Below are positions 8,264 to 17,532 of a stretch of 64,000 nucleotides of DNA, in pieces. The translations under genes were made by a program, and so were the position numbers. The stretch lies in NCBI GenBank assembly GCA_002451465.1, contig DKCJ01000015.1, positions 75,448 to 139,447 on the forward strand, in the 5' to 3' direction. The notes under the pieces were generated by a model. That model made no database searches and was not told where the DNA came from. It worked only from the letters and a program-made list of their open reading frames with translations. This DNA comes from Bacillales bacterium UBA6877. Its GTDB lineage: Bacteria; Bacillota_I; Bacilli_A; RFN20; CAG-826. Within the stretch, counting starts at the first letter, position 1. The number at the start of each line of letters is the position of its first letter.

Positions 8264-8941
8264 CTAAAAAAACATAACAACTATTAAAGGAATATAACTA
8301 AATATATAAACTAGAAAACTGCCCCATTCAAGTATTGGTAAATAACAATATTTTGGTCTACTTACAAGTTCAGCATCCATTTTTACCATTTTTGCCCAGT
8401 TTTTATAAGTCTTGTTTAACATCAAAAATACTTCAAATACCACAAGAATTAAACATATTACAATAATTGCAATTTTAACTCCAAGGTCAGTTACAAATTG
8501 AAAGTCTTGATTTGTAAAAAACATATAATAAAGCATTAAAGTAAACAAATTAAAAGCAACAAATAAAGTTACAAAAAATAAATGCGTTTTAAAAAGAGTT
8601 AATTTAACAAATCTTAAAACTAAAAAAGAAATAATACTAATTGATGCCACAACAAACATCGAATAAGAAGGTATAAAAACATTTAATTTTTGTGAAAAAT
8701 AAATTGCTGGAAATAAATTTGCCGAAATTAAACAAACAACCGCAAGAAGTTCAATAAAAACTAATAAATATGTTTTTTTATTGCGTAATCTAAATTGGTT
8801 AAGTTCATATGGGAAATATCTTAAAAAACTATATTTCTTGTCACCTGTTTGCATAAAAATAACATAATCAAAGCCATATACTAATGCATATAAAATTAAA
8901 CCAATAACAAAAAACAAAATTGATAAAACTCTTAAATCCAT
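8264..8941 (-). CDS. Polytopic membrane protein, unknown function
   Basis: 225 aa with about seven hydrophobic segments. No motif recognised. Confidence 0.5.
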   Translation of the reverse strand: MDLRVLSILFFVIGLILYALVYGFDYVIFMQTGDKKYSFLRYFPYELNQFRLRNKKTYLLVFIELLAVVCLISANLFPAIYFSQKLNVFIPSYSMFVVASISIISFLVLRFVKLTLFKTHLFFVTLFVAFNLFTLMLYYMFFTNQDFQFVTDLGVKIAIIVICLILVVFEVFLMLNKTYKNWAKMVKMDAELVSRPKYCYLPILEWGSFLVYIFSYIPLIVVMFF

Positions 8942-8945
8942 AATA

Positions 8946-9617
8946 TTACCTCATCCTTTCTATAACTCTTTTTTTATTTTTACTTTTAAATATGTAACTT
9001 CCAGCAACTAAAATATCTACGCCACTAGAAATACATATTTTAGAAGTTTCTTCATTTATCCCACCATCAACTTCAATAAGATATGTGTATTTATTTTCTT
9101 TTCTTAAATCATCAAGTTCTTTAATTTTATTAGCTGATTCGGTAATAAATTTTTGTCCACCAAATCCAGGTTCAACAGACATTACTAATACAAGATCTAA
9201 AAATTTTAAATAATCTTTTATACTAGAAACACTTGTTTCTGGTTTTATAGATAAACCAAATTTAGCATTATAACTATGAACTAATTTGCTTATTTTTTGA
9301 ATATCTTCTTTAGAGATAGCTTCATAATGAATAGTTACAATATTAGCTCCCGCCTTAATAAATCTTTCAATATATTGAAGAGGATTTATAATCATTAAAT
9401 GAACATCAAAAACAATTGGATAATTTCCTTTTTTTAAAGATTCTAAAACTGGTATACCAAATGAAATATTTTTAACAAATTGACCATCCATCACATCAAA
9501 ATGAAGATAATTAACACCATACTTAATGACACTTTTAATTTCTCTATCAAGATGTTTAAAGTCAGCTGATAAAATAGATGCGCTAACTTCAACCAATTTA
9601 TTAATTTCATTAATCAT
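8946..9617 (-). CDS. rpe: Ribulose-phosphate 3-epimerase
   Basis: SASILSADF, HFDVMDGQFV, DVHLM, MSVEPGFGGQKF and VDGGIN motifs. The ATG at 9617 (MINEINKL) overlaps the prkC stop and is preferred over the track TTG at 9629. Confidence 0.9.
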   Translation of the reverse strand: MINEINKLVEVSASILSADFKHLDREIKSVIKYGVNYLHFDVMDGQFVKNISFGIPVLESLKKGNYPIVFDVHLMIINPLQYIERFIKAGANIVTIHYEAISKEDIQKISKLVHSYNAKFGLSIKPETSVSSIKDYLKFLDLVLVMSVEPGFGGQKFITESANKIKELDDLRKENKYTYLIEVDGGINEETSKICISSGVDILVAGSYIFKSKNKKRVIERMR

Positions 9618-10497
9618 TTGCAAACCCAAATATTCTAGATAACAAACTAGTTCCTTTTCTCATAGCTTTTTTATTATTATACAATGAAATAAGATCATTT
9701 TTCATTTCTTGAACATTTTTATATCGAAGATTTAAATTTTTATTAGTTGCTTTATAAATAATATTTGAAACTTCCTTTGGTAAAGAAGGGATAATTTTTT
9801 GTGGGGAAGGAATTGTCCCACTTATATGAAGTTTTGCAATTTCGCTAGGATTTGTCCCATCAAAAGGAACTTTCCCTGTAACTAATTCATAAAAGGTTAT
9901 TCCAATAGCATAAATATCAGTTTGAAAAGTAGGTAATTGACCTTTTACAATTTCGGGAGCTAAATATTGGGCTGTTCCCATGACTCTTTTATTTTCATTT
10001 ATATTAAAGGTTGAATTTAATAAATAAGATATTCCAAAATCACCAAGCTTTACATCCCCATTGGTGTCGTAATAAATATTTTGAGGCTTTATATCACGGT
10101 GAATAATATTCTTTGAATGGATATAGATAACGGCATCACAAAGTTGAAGCATAATTCTACATGCTTCACTTACTTGAAATTTTTTCTTAAAATCTAAAAA
10201 ATCACGTAAAGTTTGACCTTTAACATATTCGTTTACAATATAAGGTAAACTATCTTGTTTACTATAATCATAAATTTTAATGATATTTGGATGATTTAAA
10301 GTGCTTGAAAAACGAGCTTCGTTTTCAAATCTAATTAAATTTTCTGGTTTATCAGCAAATTCAGGTTTAATAATTTTAACAGCAACAGTACGTTTAAAAA
10401 TAATGTCTCTTGCTTCAAAAACATCACTCATTCCACCATGACCTAATAAACTAACTATACGATATCTATTATTTAATAAATCATTAATTTTTATCAT
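9610..10497 (-). CDS. prkC: Hanks-type Ser/Thr protein kinase, kinase domain only
   Basis: GHGGMSDVF...AVK, HRDIKPQN, LGDFG and YLAPE motifs. The likely start MIKINDLL is at 10497 and overlaps the stp stop. No TM segment or PASTA repeats follow the catalytic domain. Confidence 0.85.
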   Translation of the reverse strand: MIKINDLLNNRYRIVSLLGHGGMSDVFEARDIIFKRTVAVKIIKPEFADKPENLIRFENEARFSSTLNHPNIIKIYDYSKQDSLPYIVNEYVKGQTLRDFLDFKKKFQVSEACRIMLQLCDAVIYIHSKNIIHRDIKPQNIYYDTNGDVKLGDFGISYLLNSTFNINENKRVMGTAQYLAPEIVKGQLPTFQTDIYAIGITFYELVTGKVPFDGTNPSEIAKLHISGTIPSPQKIIPSLPKEVSNIIYKATNKNLNLRYKNVQEMKNDLISLYNNKKAMRKGTSLLSRIFGFAND

Positions 10498-11242
10498 CAA
10501 GCGTCTCCCAAAGAGCAAGAGAAATATTATCGCTTCCACCATTAAAATTCGCTATATTAATCAACGAAACAACTTTTTGTTGAGTTGTTTGTTCAGTATG
10601 TAAAATATTCTCTATATCGTTTTCTTTAATGTTGTTATATAAACCATCACTACAAAGTAAAACCGATTCACCATTATATTTATAAACTTTAATATCTATT
10701 GATAAAGATGGAAAAATACCTATAGCGTTTGTTAAAACATGTCTTTTTGGATGAGTTAGCATCTCTTCTTTACTAATTTGTCCACTTTTATATAAATAAT
10801 TAACATATGTTTGATCTTCTGTTAATAATTTGAGAGATTTTTTATCATAAAGGTAGCATCTACTATCACCAACATTAGCAACAATTAATTTATTTTTATA
10901 AATAAAAGCTAAAACTAAAGTAGTGCCCATTCCACTATATTGAATTTTTTTACTACCAATTGAATATATGTGGGAATTAACATCTTTAATAGCTCTTTTT
11001 AACCAAAAAATAACTTCTAATTGACTATGAAACTTAGATTTTGTTTTAAATAAATCATTAAGATAATTAATGGTTTCTTGTGATGCATAATCACCTTTTT
11101 TATGACCACCCATCCCATCAGCAACCATCATTAAAACATCACCTTGCGGATTAACCATTATTCTGCATTCATCTTCGTTTGTTACACGAACTTTGCCAAT
11201 ATCTTTTAGGCAAGAATATGTTCCATTAAATCTTTTTTTCAT
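10484..11242 (-). CDS. stp: PP2C-family Ser/Thr phosphatase
   Basis: DIGKVRVTNED, VADGMGGH, GTTL, NVGDSR, CSDGL and GGSDNIS motifs. Confidence 0.9.
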   Translation of the reverse strand: MKKRFNGTYSCLKDIGKVRVTNEDECRIMVNPQGDVLMMVADGMGGHKKGDYASQETINYLNDLFKTKSKFHSQLEVIFWLKRAIKDVNSHIYSIGSKKIQYSGMGTTLVLAFIYKNKLIVANVGDSRCYLYDKKSLKLLTEDQTYVNYLYKSGQISKEEMLTHPKRHVLTNAIGIFPSLSIDIKVYKYNGESVLLCSDGLYNNIKENDIENILHTEQTTQQKVVSLINIANFNGGSDNISLALWETLDDKN

Positions 11243-12269
11243 TTTTTGCTCTCAATTGTCCACAAGCAGCATCAATATCTGTTCCAAATTCTTTACGAAT
11301 AGTTACATTTATCCCACAAGATAATAACATATTCATAAAAGCATGGACGTTTTCATTACTGCTTCTTTTATATTTTAATTCTTTTATAGGATTATAGGGA
11401 ATTAAATTTACATAAGCTTTTGTTCCTCGTATAAGTCTAGCAAGTTCTTTTGCATCTTCTACCGAGTCATTAATGTCTTTTAGCAATATGTATTCAAAGG
11501 TTACTCTCCTATCAGCTTCCTTCTCATAATATTTTATCGCATCCATTAAATCTTCTAAATTATATTTTAACGAAATTGGCATTATTTTGTTTCTAATTTC
11601 ATCATTTGGAGCATGTAATGAAATTGCTAAATTTATTTGAAGACCTTCATGAGCATACTCTCTTATTTTATCAACAATACCACATGTTGAAACAGTAATA
11701 TGTCTTGCACCAATCGCTAAACTATGAGGATGATTAATTATTCTAATAAAAGATATAACATTATCATAGTTATCAAAAGGTTCGCCTGTTCCCATAACAA
11801 CAACATGAGTAATTTTTTCACCATTACCTTCTTCTCTTAATAAATCATTTAATACTAAAATTTGTCCAACTAATTCGTGTATTTCTAGGCCTCTTTTCTT
11901 TTTTAGCAATCCAGAAGCACAAAAAGCACATCCCATATTACAACCAACTTCACTTGTAACACAGGCAACATCGCCATAATTATATCGCATTAAAACAGTT
12001 TCGATTTTATTGTGATCTTCAAGTTCTAAAAGAAGTTTAATTGTTCCATCACTAGAAACTTGCTTTTTAAAAATTGATGGCTTTCTAAGTGAATATTTAG
12101 CTTTTAGTGTTTCTCTAAAAGTTTTTGATATATCACTCATCTCATCAAAATTAGTAGCATTTTTTTCATAAATCCATTTAAAAAGTTGGGTTGCACGAAA
12201 TTTCTTCTGTCCTTCACTTTCCATTTGCTTTTCTAAAGCATCAATTGTAAAACCATAAAGATTAAGCAT
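11226..12269 (-). CDS. rlmN: 23S rRNA/tRNA (adenine-C2) methyltransferase RlmN (radical SAM)
   Basis: FRATQLFKWIY N-terminus, CNMGCAFCASG radical-SAM cluster motif, MGTGEP, and C-terminal DIDAACGQL. Confidence 0.9.
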   Translation of the reverse strand: MLNLYGFTIDALEKQMESEGQKKFRATQLFKWIYEKNATNFDEMSDISKTFRETLKAKYSLRKPSIFKKQVSSDGTIKLLLELEDHNKIETVLMRYNYGDVACVTSEVGCNMGCAFCASGLLKKKRGLEIHELVGQILVLNDLLREEGNGEKITHVVVMGTGEPFDNYDNVISFIRIINHPHSLAIGARHITVSTCGIVDKIREYAHEGLQINLAISLHAPNDEIRNKIMPISLKYNLEDLMDAIKYYEKEADRRVTFEYILLKDINDSVEDAKELARLIRGTKAYVNLIPYNPIKELKYKRSSNENVHAFMNMLLSCGINVTIRKEFGTDIDAACGQLRAKNEKKI

Positions 12270-13518
12270 GATTTTCCCTCTTTAAAATCGCGTAATAACC
12301 AAATGAAGAATTTTCTTCATTTGGAATAATAAATTCTTCTTTTTCTAATATAAAATCGTTATTTTCACTTAAAAAAGCACTTATAACTTTACTAGTTTCT
12401 TTAATATCTATTGTTTCAACAAGATAGATTAACCTTCCGCCATTTTCAACATAACTTGAAATTTCTTTTAAAGAAGATTTTTGTTCTTTAATAAATTTAT
12501 CAATTAATTCAGTATCAAAAAGAACTCGATATTCTGGTTTAAAATAAAATTCTTCAAAATACGTTGATTTTGCAGCATAAAATATAGCATCTTGTTTAAA
12601 AGAAAGATGAGAAATTAATTCATTAGGTGTTGATTCATAAACAAATAAATCATTTATTCGTTTTTGAGCAACGACAGTAATTGCGTCTTTAACGTTATAA
12701 AAAGAATCAACTGCAAAATTAATTACATTATTTAAATATAAATATTGATTTAAAAATCTATAGAAAAAATTACTATCTTCATTTTGATATAAAGTAATAT
12801 ATTTATTTATAAGTTTTAAATCATTTTTAAAAATTTCTTCATAAAAACTAGACGTTTTAACGTATGTTTTATTTTTAATTAATTCATTATCTGATTCGCT
12901 TGTTAAATAAAGATTAGTTTTAGTATCTAATGTAAATTTTTTATTTAGTTCTTCATCAACCGAATCTAAATCAACTAATTTAGATTTTAAAAAATATTGA
13001 ACATATTTTTTATTTTTAAAACTCTCAAAAATTAATTTAGATTTTTCTAAACCATGTTGAGCAAGAGTCATCTTAATAAACCATAAAGGTAAATTAAAAA
13101 ATACTGATAATGATTCAACACTACCTTTTTTAATATTATTTAATGGATATTCTTTTTTATTTTTAAAATCAATGATTGCTTTTTCAATTTCATCACTATA
13201 TTTTTCTTTATTCTTTTTTAAAGCGTTTTTTATAAATTCTATTGCTTCATCTATATCAACATTTAAAAGTCTTACATTAATTAAAGTAATACCAATATAA
13301 GTAATTAAACTTGGTGTTGCTTTAGTTAATAATTCTTTTGTTAAAGCTTCAAAATAATAATATTTTTTAAAAAATAATATATATACCTTGATGAATTTTT
13401 TTAATTCATCGTCATTTCTTACATTCGTAGTAAAAAAAGCATTTAATGATTTATTAAATGTTTTTTTATTTATAAGCATATAACTAATTATTTCATAACT
13501 ATCTTGAAGGACTGACAT
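12262..13518 (-). CDS. RsmB/Sun-like protein with degenerate methyltransferase motifs
   Basis: Occupies the rsmB slot upstream of rlmN-stp-prkC. It keeps RsmB-like blocks (NLPLWFIKMTLAQHGLEKS; GGRLIYLVETIDIKETSKVISAFL). The positions aligning to CAAPGGKT, DAPCSG and TCS read QNEDSNFF, YAAKST and VET. Confidence 0.5.
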   Translation of the reverse strand: MSVLQDSYEIISYMLINKKTFNKSLNAFFTTNVRNDDELKKFIKVYILFFKKYYYFEALTKELLTKATPSLITYIGITLINVRLLNVDIDEAIEFIKNALKKNKEKYSDEIEKAIIDFKNKKEYPLNNIKKGSVESLSVFFNLPLWFIKMTLAQHGLEKSKLIFESFKNKKYVQYFLKSKLVDLDSVDEELNKKFTLDTKTNLYLTSESDNELIKNKTYVKTSSFYEEIFKNDLKLINKYITLYQNEDSNFFYRFLNQYLYLNNVINFAVDSFYNVKDAITVVAQKRINDLFVYESTPNELISHLSFKQDAIFYAAKSTYFEEFYFKPEYRVLFDTELIDKFIKEQKSSLKEISSYVENGGRLIYLVETIDIKETSKVISAFLSENNDFILEKEEFIIPNEENSSFGYYAILKRENHA

Positions 13519-13985
13519 TATTTTTTCTTCTTTTCTTGATCTTTAACCATTTCGTTAAATTCAGCAAAAACATCACCTAAATATGGTTCTTCACCTGTTT
13601 CTTGTTCAAATTCTTGATCATCTTCATAAACAGTATTCTCTTCAGTCATAAATCTTGGGTGATCTTTTGAATTAAATACATAACGATTATCCATGCTGTA
13701 ATAATAAAATTCAATTTGCATATTAACAACCACGTCTTTTATAAATTCATGAATAATTTTAGCGGCTTTTTCTTCCATTACCTTTACTTTTAAAGGGGCA
13801 TGAACTCTAACAATAACATTCCATATATTTTGTTCTAATCCATCATGAACTAAAAGACCTTCTGGAGCAAAAAAATCTATATCATCTTTGCTACATTCAT
13901 ATATATCTGCTAATTTTCCGGTAGCAGCTTTACTAATTTGTCTTAATAAATATGGATCAATTCCTAAAATTGTAATTGTTATCAT
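13518..13985 (-). CDS. Small acidic-tailed protein, DUF1904-like (tautomerase-fold) by recollection
   Basis: 155 aa. The N-terminal roughly 100 aa (MITITILGIDPYLLRQISK...LADIYECSKDDIDFF...VRVHAPLKVK) resemble DUF1904. The C-terminus is D/E rich. TAATG overlap with the downstream gene. Confidence 0.4.
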   Translation of the reverse strand: MITITILGIDPYLLRQISKAATGKLADIYECSKDDIDFFAPEGLLVHDGLEQNIWNVIVRVHAPLKVKVMEEKAAKIIHEFIKDVVVNMQIEFYYYSMDNRYVFNSKDHPRFMTEENTVYEDDQEFEQETGEEPYLGDVFAEFNEMVKDQEKKKK

Positions 13986-14001
13986 AAAACCCTCCTATAA
14001 A

Positions 14002-14577
14002 CTATTTGCTTGCTAATTTATTTTTAATAATAGTAGCAATTTCTTTAGCAGCTCTTTCTGGCTTATCATTTAATACGACATGTTGATAATATTTTTCTAA
14101 TAAAAGTTCTTTCTTAGCTTTTTTAAGTCTTTCTTGAATTACTTCTTCAGTCTCACTTTTTCGACCTCTAATTCTTCTTTCTAATTCATCAAAGTTTTCA
14201 CAAACTAAGAAAATTGATACATAATCACTGCTATTACATTTATTCATAACTTGACAAGCACCATTTGTATCAATCTCTAAAAGAACATTTTTCCCTTCAT
14301 CAAGAAGCTTTTCAACGTACTTTTTAGGAGTGCCATAACTATGTTCTACAAAATCGGCATATTCAAGCAATTCATCATTTTTTACAGCTTCATCAAATTT
14401 TTCTTTGCTAACAAAGAAGTAATCCTTACCATTTACTTCCCCTACTCTAGGCTTTCTAGTAGTCATAGAAACACTGAATTCAAGATTAAGACTTTTATCT
14501 TTCATCAAGAATGTTCTAACTGTACCTTTTCCAACTCCACTAGGACCACTAAGTATAACAATTATTCCCTTTTTCAT
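14002..14577 (-). CDS. gmk: Guanylate kinase
   Basis: P-loop GPSGVGKGT, then SVSMTTRKPRVGEVNGKDYFF and the EYADFVEHSYGTP block. Confidence 0.9.
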   Translation of the reverse strand: MKKGIIVILSGPSGVGKGTVRTFLMKDKSLNLEFSVSMTTRKPRVGEVNGKDYFFVSKEKFDEAVKNDELLEYADFVEHSYGTPKKYVEKLLDEGKNVLLEIDTNGACQVMNKCNSSDYVSIFLVCENFDELERRIRGRKSETEEVIQERLKKAKKELLLEKYYQHVVLNDKPERAAKEIATIIKNKLASK

Positions 14578-14725
14578 ATTGCTAAAATTATATAAAAATT
14601 AGTTTTTTAAAGCAATAGACATATATTTTTAGCATTTATATCAATAAATGTTTATTAACGAAATCATAAATATTTTATAAATATGTATGTTTATTTTTTA
14701 ATTATTTAATATCATAATATTTATC

Positions 14726-16105
14726 ATGAATACAATTGAACACTTAAAAGAAAAAAGTAACGAAATAAATGATTTATTTAAAGATTCATTTTTGAATAAA
14801 TTTCAACAAATAAGTAATTTTGATTTTTTACTTGGTTTTTCAAAAGGAAAATCAACTTCCTTGCTTATCTCTATTAATTTAAAGAATCCATTTGTTGAAA
14901 CAATAAATCAAAAATTTCTCGAAAATATAAATGGAGTGTTTTTTCAACATTTAAAAAGCAAATTAATGAACGCAATGTTTAGAGGTTCTACACTTATTAA
15001 TAATGATAATATATTATGTTTAAGCTTTATTAAAACAACCGATACATACGACAAAGTTTCATATGATTTAATTGTTGAATTATTTAAAAGCAATACAAAT
15101 ATTATTTTAGTTTCTAATGGTCTTATTGTTGATGCTTTAAAATTAAGAGGAATGGATACTAATCGTCCTATTTTAAATAATTTAAAATATGAAGCACCTA
15201 AACCAATTCCTTTTGTAAAAGATTTTACTAAGAGTGATCAAGAAGCTATCAATGAATATATTCTTAATATTTCTGAACTTTATCTTAAAGAAAAATATGC
15301 AAGTTTACTTTCTCTTATAAAAAGAAAAAGAAAATCTTTAATAAAGAAACTTGATGCTTTAGAAAAAGAAAGTTTAGAAGCTATAAACCATAAAAAATAC
15401 CTTGAATATGGGGATTATTTAAAAATGTGCATGCAAGAGGTTAAAAAAGGTGATAAATATTTTGTTTATAATGGCGAAAATATACCTCTTAAGGAGGAAT
15501 TTACTCCAGCCCAAAATCTTCAATATTTCTATAAAGTTTATAAGAAAAGTAAATTAACTGAAGAAGCCTCTAAAAAATATATATTAGAAACCAAAAATCA
15601 AATTGCTTACCTAGATAATGTCTTATCAACAATTGATTATTATAACGAAACTGAATATCTTGAATTAATTGATGAACTTTCTAAATCAAAATTAATAAAG
15701 ATTTCAAATAAAAATATAAAAAAGAAAACAATTAAAGCTTCTAGACCATCATATGTTATTTATAAAGGAACAAAAATAGGTTTTGGAAAAAATAATATAC
15801 AAAATAATGAATTAACATTTAATATTGCGACTAAAAAAGATTATTTTTTACACATTAATAAATCTCATGGACCACACATAATAATATTTAATGAAAATCC
15901 TAGTGATGACATTATTCAATTTGCTTGCGAAATCGCGATATTTTTAGCTAAATGCCAAGATGGCGATGTTATTTATACTAAAGTTTCAAATTTAAGAAAA
16001 ACTTCTATTTTAGGACAAGTAAAAATGAATTCTTATGAAACATATCACATAAATAATGTCCGAGAAGATATGCGAAATTATATATTAAATGCTAAACGCT
16101 TTTAA
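14726..16105 (+). CDS. rqcH: NFACT-family protein (RqcH/FbpA-like ribosome quality control factor), short form
   Basis: NFACT-N-like N-terminus. A central K/E-rich coiled coil. The C-terminal NFACT-R/DUF814 block reads IGFGKNNIQNNELTFNIATKKDYFLHINKSHGPHIIIF. It is 459 aa. Confidence 0.65.
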   Translation: MNTIEHLKEKSNEINDLFKDSFLNKFQQISNFDFLLGFSKGKSTSLLISINLKNPFVETINQKFLENINGVFFQHLKSKLMNAMFRGSTLINNDNILCLSFIKTTDTYDKVSYDLIVELFKSNTNIILVSNGLIVDALKLRGMDTNRPILNNLKYEAPKPIPFVKDFTKSDQEAINEYILNISELYLKEKYASLLSLIKRKRKSLIKKLDALEKESLEAINHKKYLEYGDYLKMCMQEVKKGDKYFVYNGENIPLKEEFTPAQNLQYFYKVYKKSKLTEEASKKYILETKNQIAYLDNVLSTIDYYNETEYLELIDELSKSKLIKISNKNIKKKTIKASRPSYVIYKGTKIGFGKNNIQNNELTFNIATKKDYFLHINKSHGPHIIIFNENPSDDIIQFACEIAIFLAKCQDGDVIYTKVSNLRKTSILGQVKMNSYETYHINNVREDMRNYILNAKRF

Positions 16106-16620
16106 TCTTTTTCTTTAATTAAAAAATCATTGCCTTTTATTTCTTCTTTAGTGGCAAGTCCATAAAATTTTTGTTGCCTTAAAACTTCATATAAAACAAT
16201 TGCTACACTATTTGATAAATTAAGACTTCTAGCAGAAGCAGACATTGGTATTCTTAAGGTTTTAGATAAATTAGCACGTAAAATATCATGTGGTATCCCG
16301 GTTGATTCTCTTCCAAACATTAAATAAGTATCTTCAACAATATTAGAAAAATTAGCTGAAGTGTATATATTTTCTGAATATCTCGTAATATAAAAAATAT
16401 TCTTATTTTTAAATTCTTCTTCAAAACTTTGATAATCTTTATAATACTTAAAATCAAGTTCATTAATATAGTCCATACCTGCTCTTTTTAAAGATTTATC
16501 ATTTAACTCAAATGATAAAGGTCCTATCACAAAAAGTTTAGTTGATGTAGCAGCACATGTTCTCATAATATTCCCTAAATTGGCTGGTTTTTCAGGTCGG
16601 TACAATATAATTCCATTCAT
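16102..16620 (-). CDS. trmL: tRNA (cytidine/uridine-34 2-prime-O)-methyltransferase, SpoU/TrmL family
   Basis: MNGIILYRPEKPANLGNIMRTCAA N-terminus, GRESTGIP, and the C-terminal RSLNLSNSVAIVLYE knot motif. Confidence 0.8.
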   Translation of the reverse strand: MNGIILYRPEKPANLGNIMRTCAATSTKLFVIGPLSFELNDKSLKRAGMDYINELDFKYYKDYQSFEEEFKNKNIFYITRYSENIYTSANFSNIVEDTYLMFGRESTGIPHDILRANLSKTLRIPMSASARSLNLSNSVAIVLYEVLRQQKFYGLATKEEIKGNDFLIKEKD

Positions 16621-16672
16621 TTTTTAATCTTAACAATCCTATCTCTTTTTAGTATTATATACCTATATTATT

Positions 16673-17509
16673 ATGGACCAAAAGATTAAAGATTTATTTG
16701 AGAAAACATTGGATAAGAAGGTTAGATCATCTTCTTTTTTAAAAACTGGATATAACAATTTAAATTATTTAATTAATGATGCTTTTGTGATAAGGATTCC
16801 AAGGGAAAATAAAGATCCAACTACCGATTTTAAAAAAGAAGAACAAATTTATAAAAAAATTGAACCCTTATCAATTAGCGAAAAACTTGCTAATTTTAAT
16901 GTTGAAACTGGTGTTAAAATTACAAAATTTGTCCATAATACTCGAAAATATGTTAATACTCCTACAAATGAACAAATTTTGTATGTTGCAAAAAAACTTA
17001 AAAAACTCCATAACTCTAATATAACAGTAAACTTTGGCTATATGATGTTTAATAAGCTTAAAGTTTATAAAGAAGGAACACCAATGCACTTACATCTTGA
17101 AGAAAATTACGAAAAGAAAGTTATTAAAGAAGTTCGAAGAATATTTTCGAAAACACCTATGACTTTATGTCATAATGATTTAGTAAAAGATAATTTACTT
17201 TTTAGATTTAATGATGTTGTATTTATTGATTGGGAATATAGTGCTATGAATAATCCTTATTTTGATTTAGCATCATTTGTAAGTGAAAATAACTTAAGCG
17301 AAGAACAAGAAGTATTTTTCCTTACTAAATATTTTGGTTATCGATATAACCAAATGAAAAAGAAAAGAGTTGATATATTTGTTAAATTCCAAGATATATT
17401 ATTTTATTATTGGGCACAATATTTATTAGAAAAAAGAGGCGACGATATTTATAAAAAAATCGCTGATGAAAAATTTGAACGAACAAAATTAGAACAATTT
17501 AAAAACTGA
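16673..17509 (+). CDS. Choline/ethanolamine kinase family protein (LicA-like)
   Basis: Brenner motif LCHNDLVKDNLLF and the choline-kinase motif FIDWEYSAMNNPYFDLA. Confidence 0.7.
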   Translation: MDQKIKDLFEKTLDKKVRSSSFLKTGYNNLNYLINDAFVIRIPRENKDPTTDFKKEEQIYKKIEPLSISEKLANFNVETGVKITKFVHNTRKYVNTPTNEQILYVAKKLKKLHNSNITVNFGYMMFNKLKVYKEGTPMHLHLEENYEKKVIKEVRRIFSKTPMTLCHNDLVKDNLLFRFNDVVFIDWEYSAMNNPYFDLASFVSENNLSEEQEVFFLTKYFGYRYNQMKKKRVDIFVKFQDILFYYWAQYLLEKRGDDIYKKIADEKFERTKLEQFKN

Positions 17510-17532
17510 TTAGCTTTCACTAATCAGTTTTT
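17501..17532. terminator. Bidirectional terminator shared by convergent genes
   Basis: AAAAACTGATTAG-ctttca-CTAATCAGTTTTT. The stem overlaps both stop codons. Confidence 0.65.
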
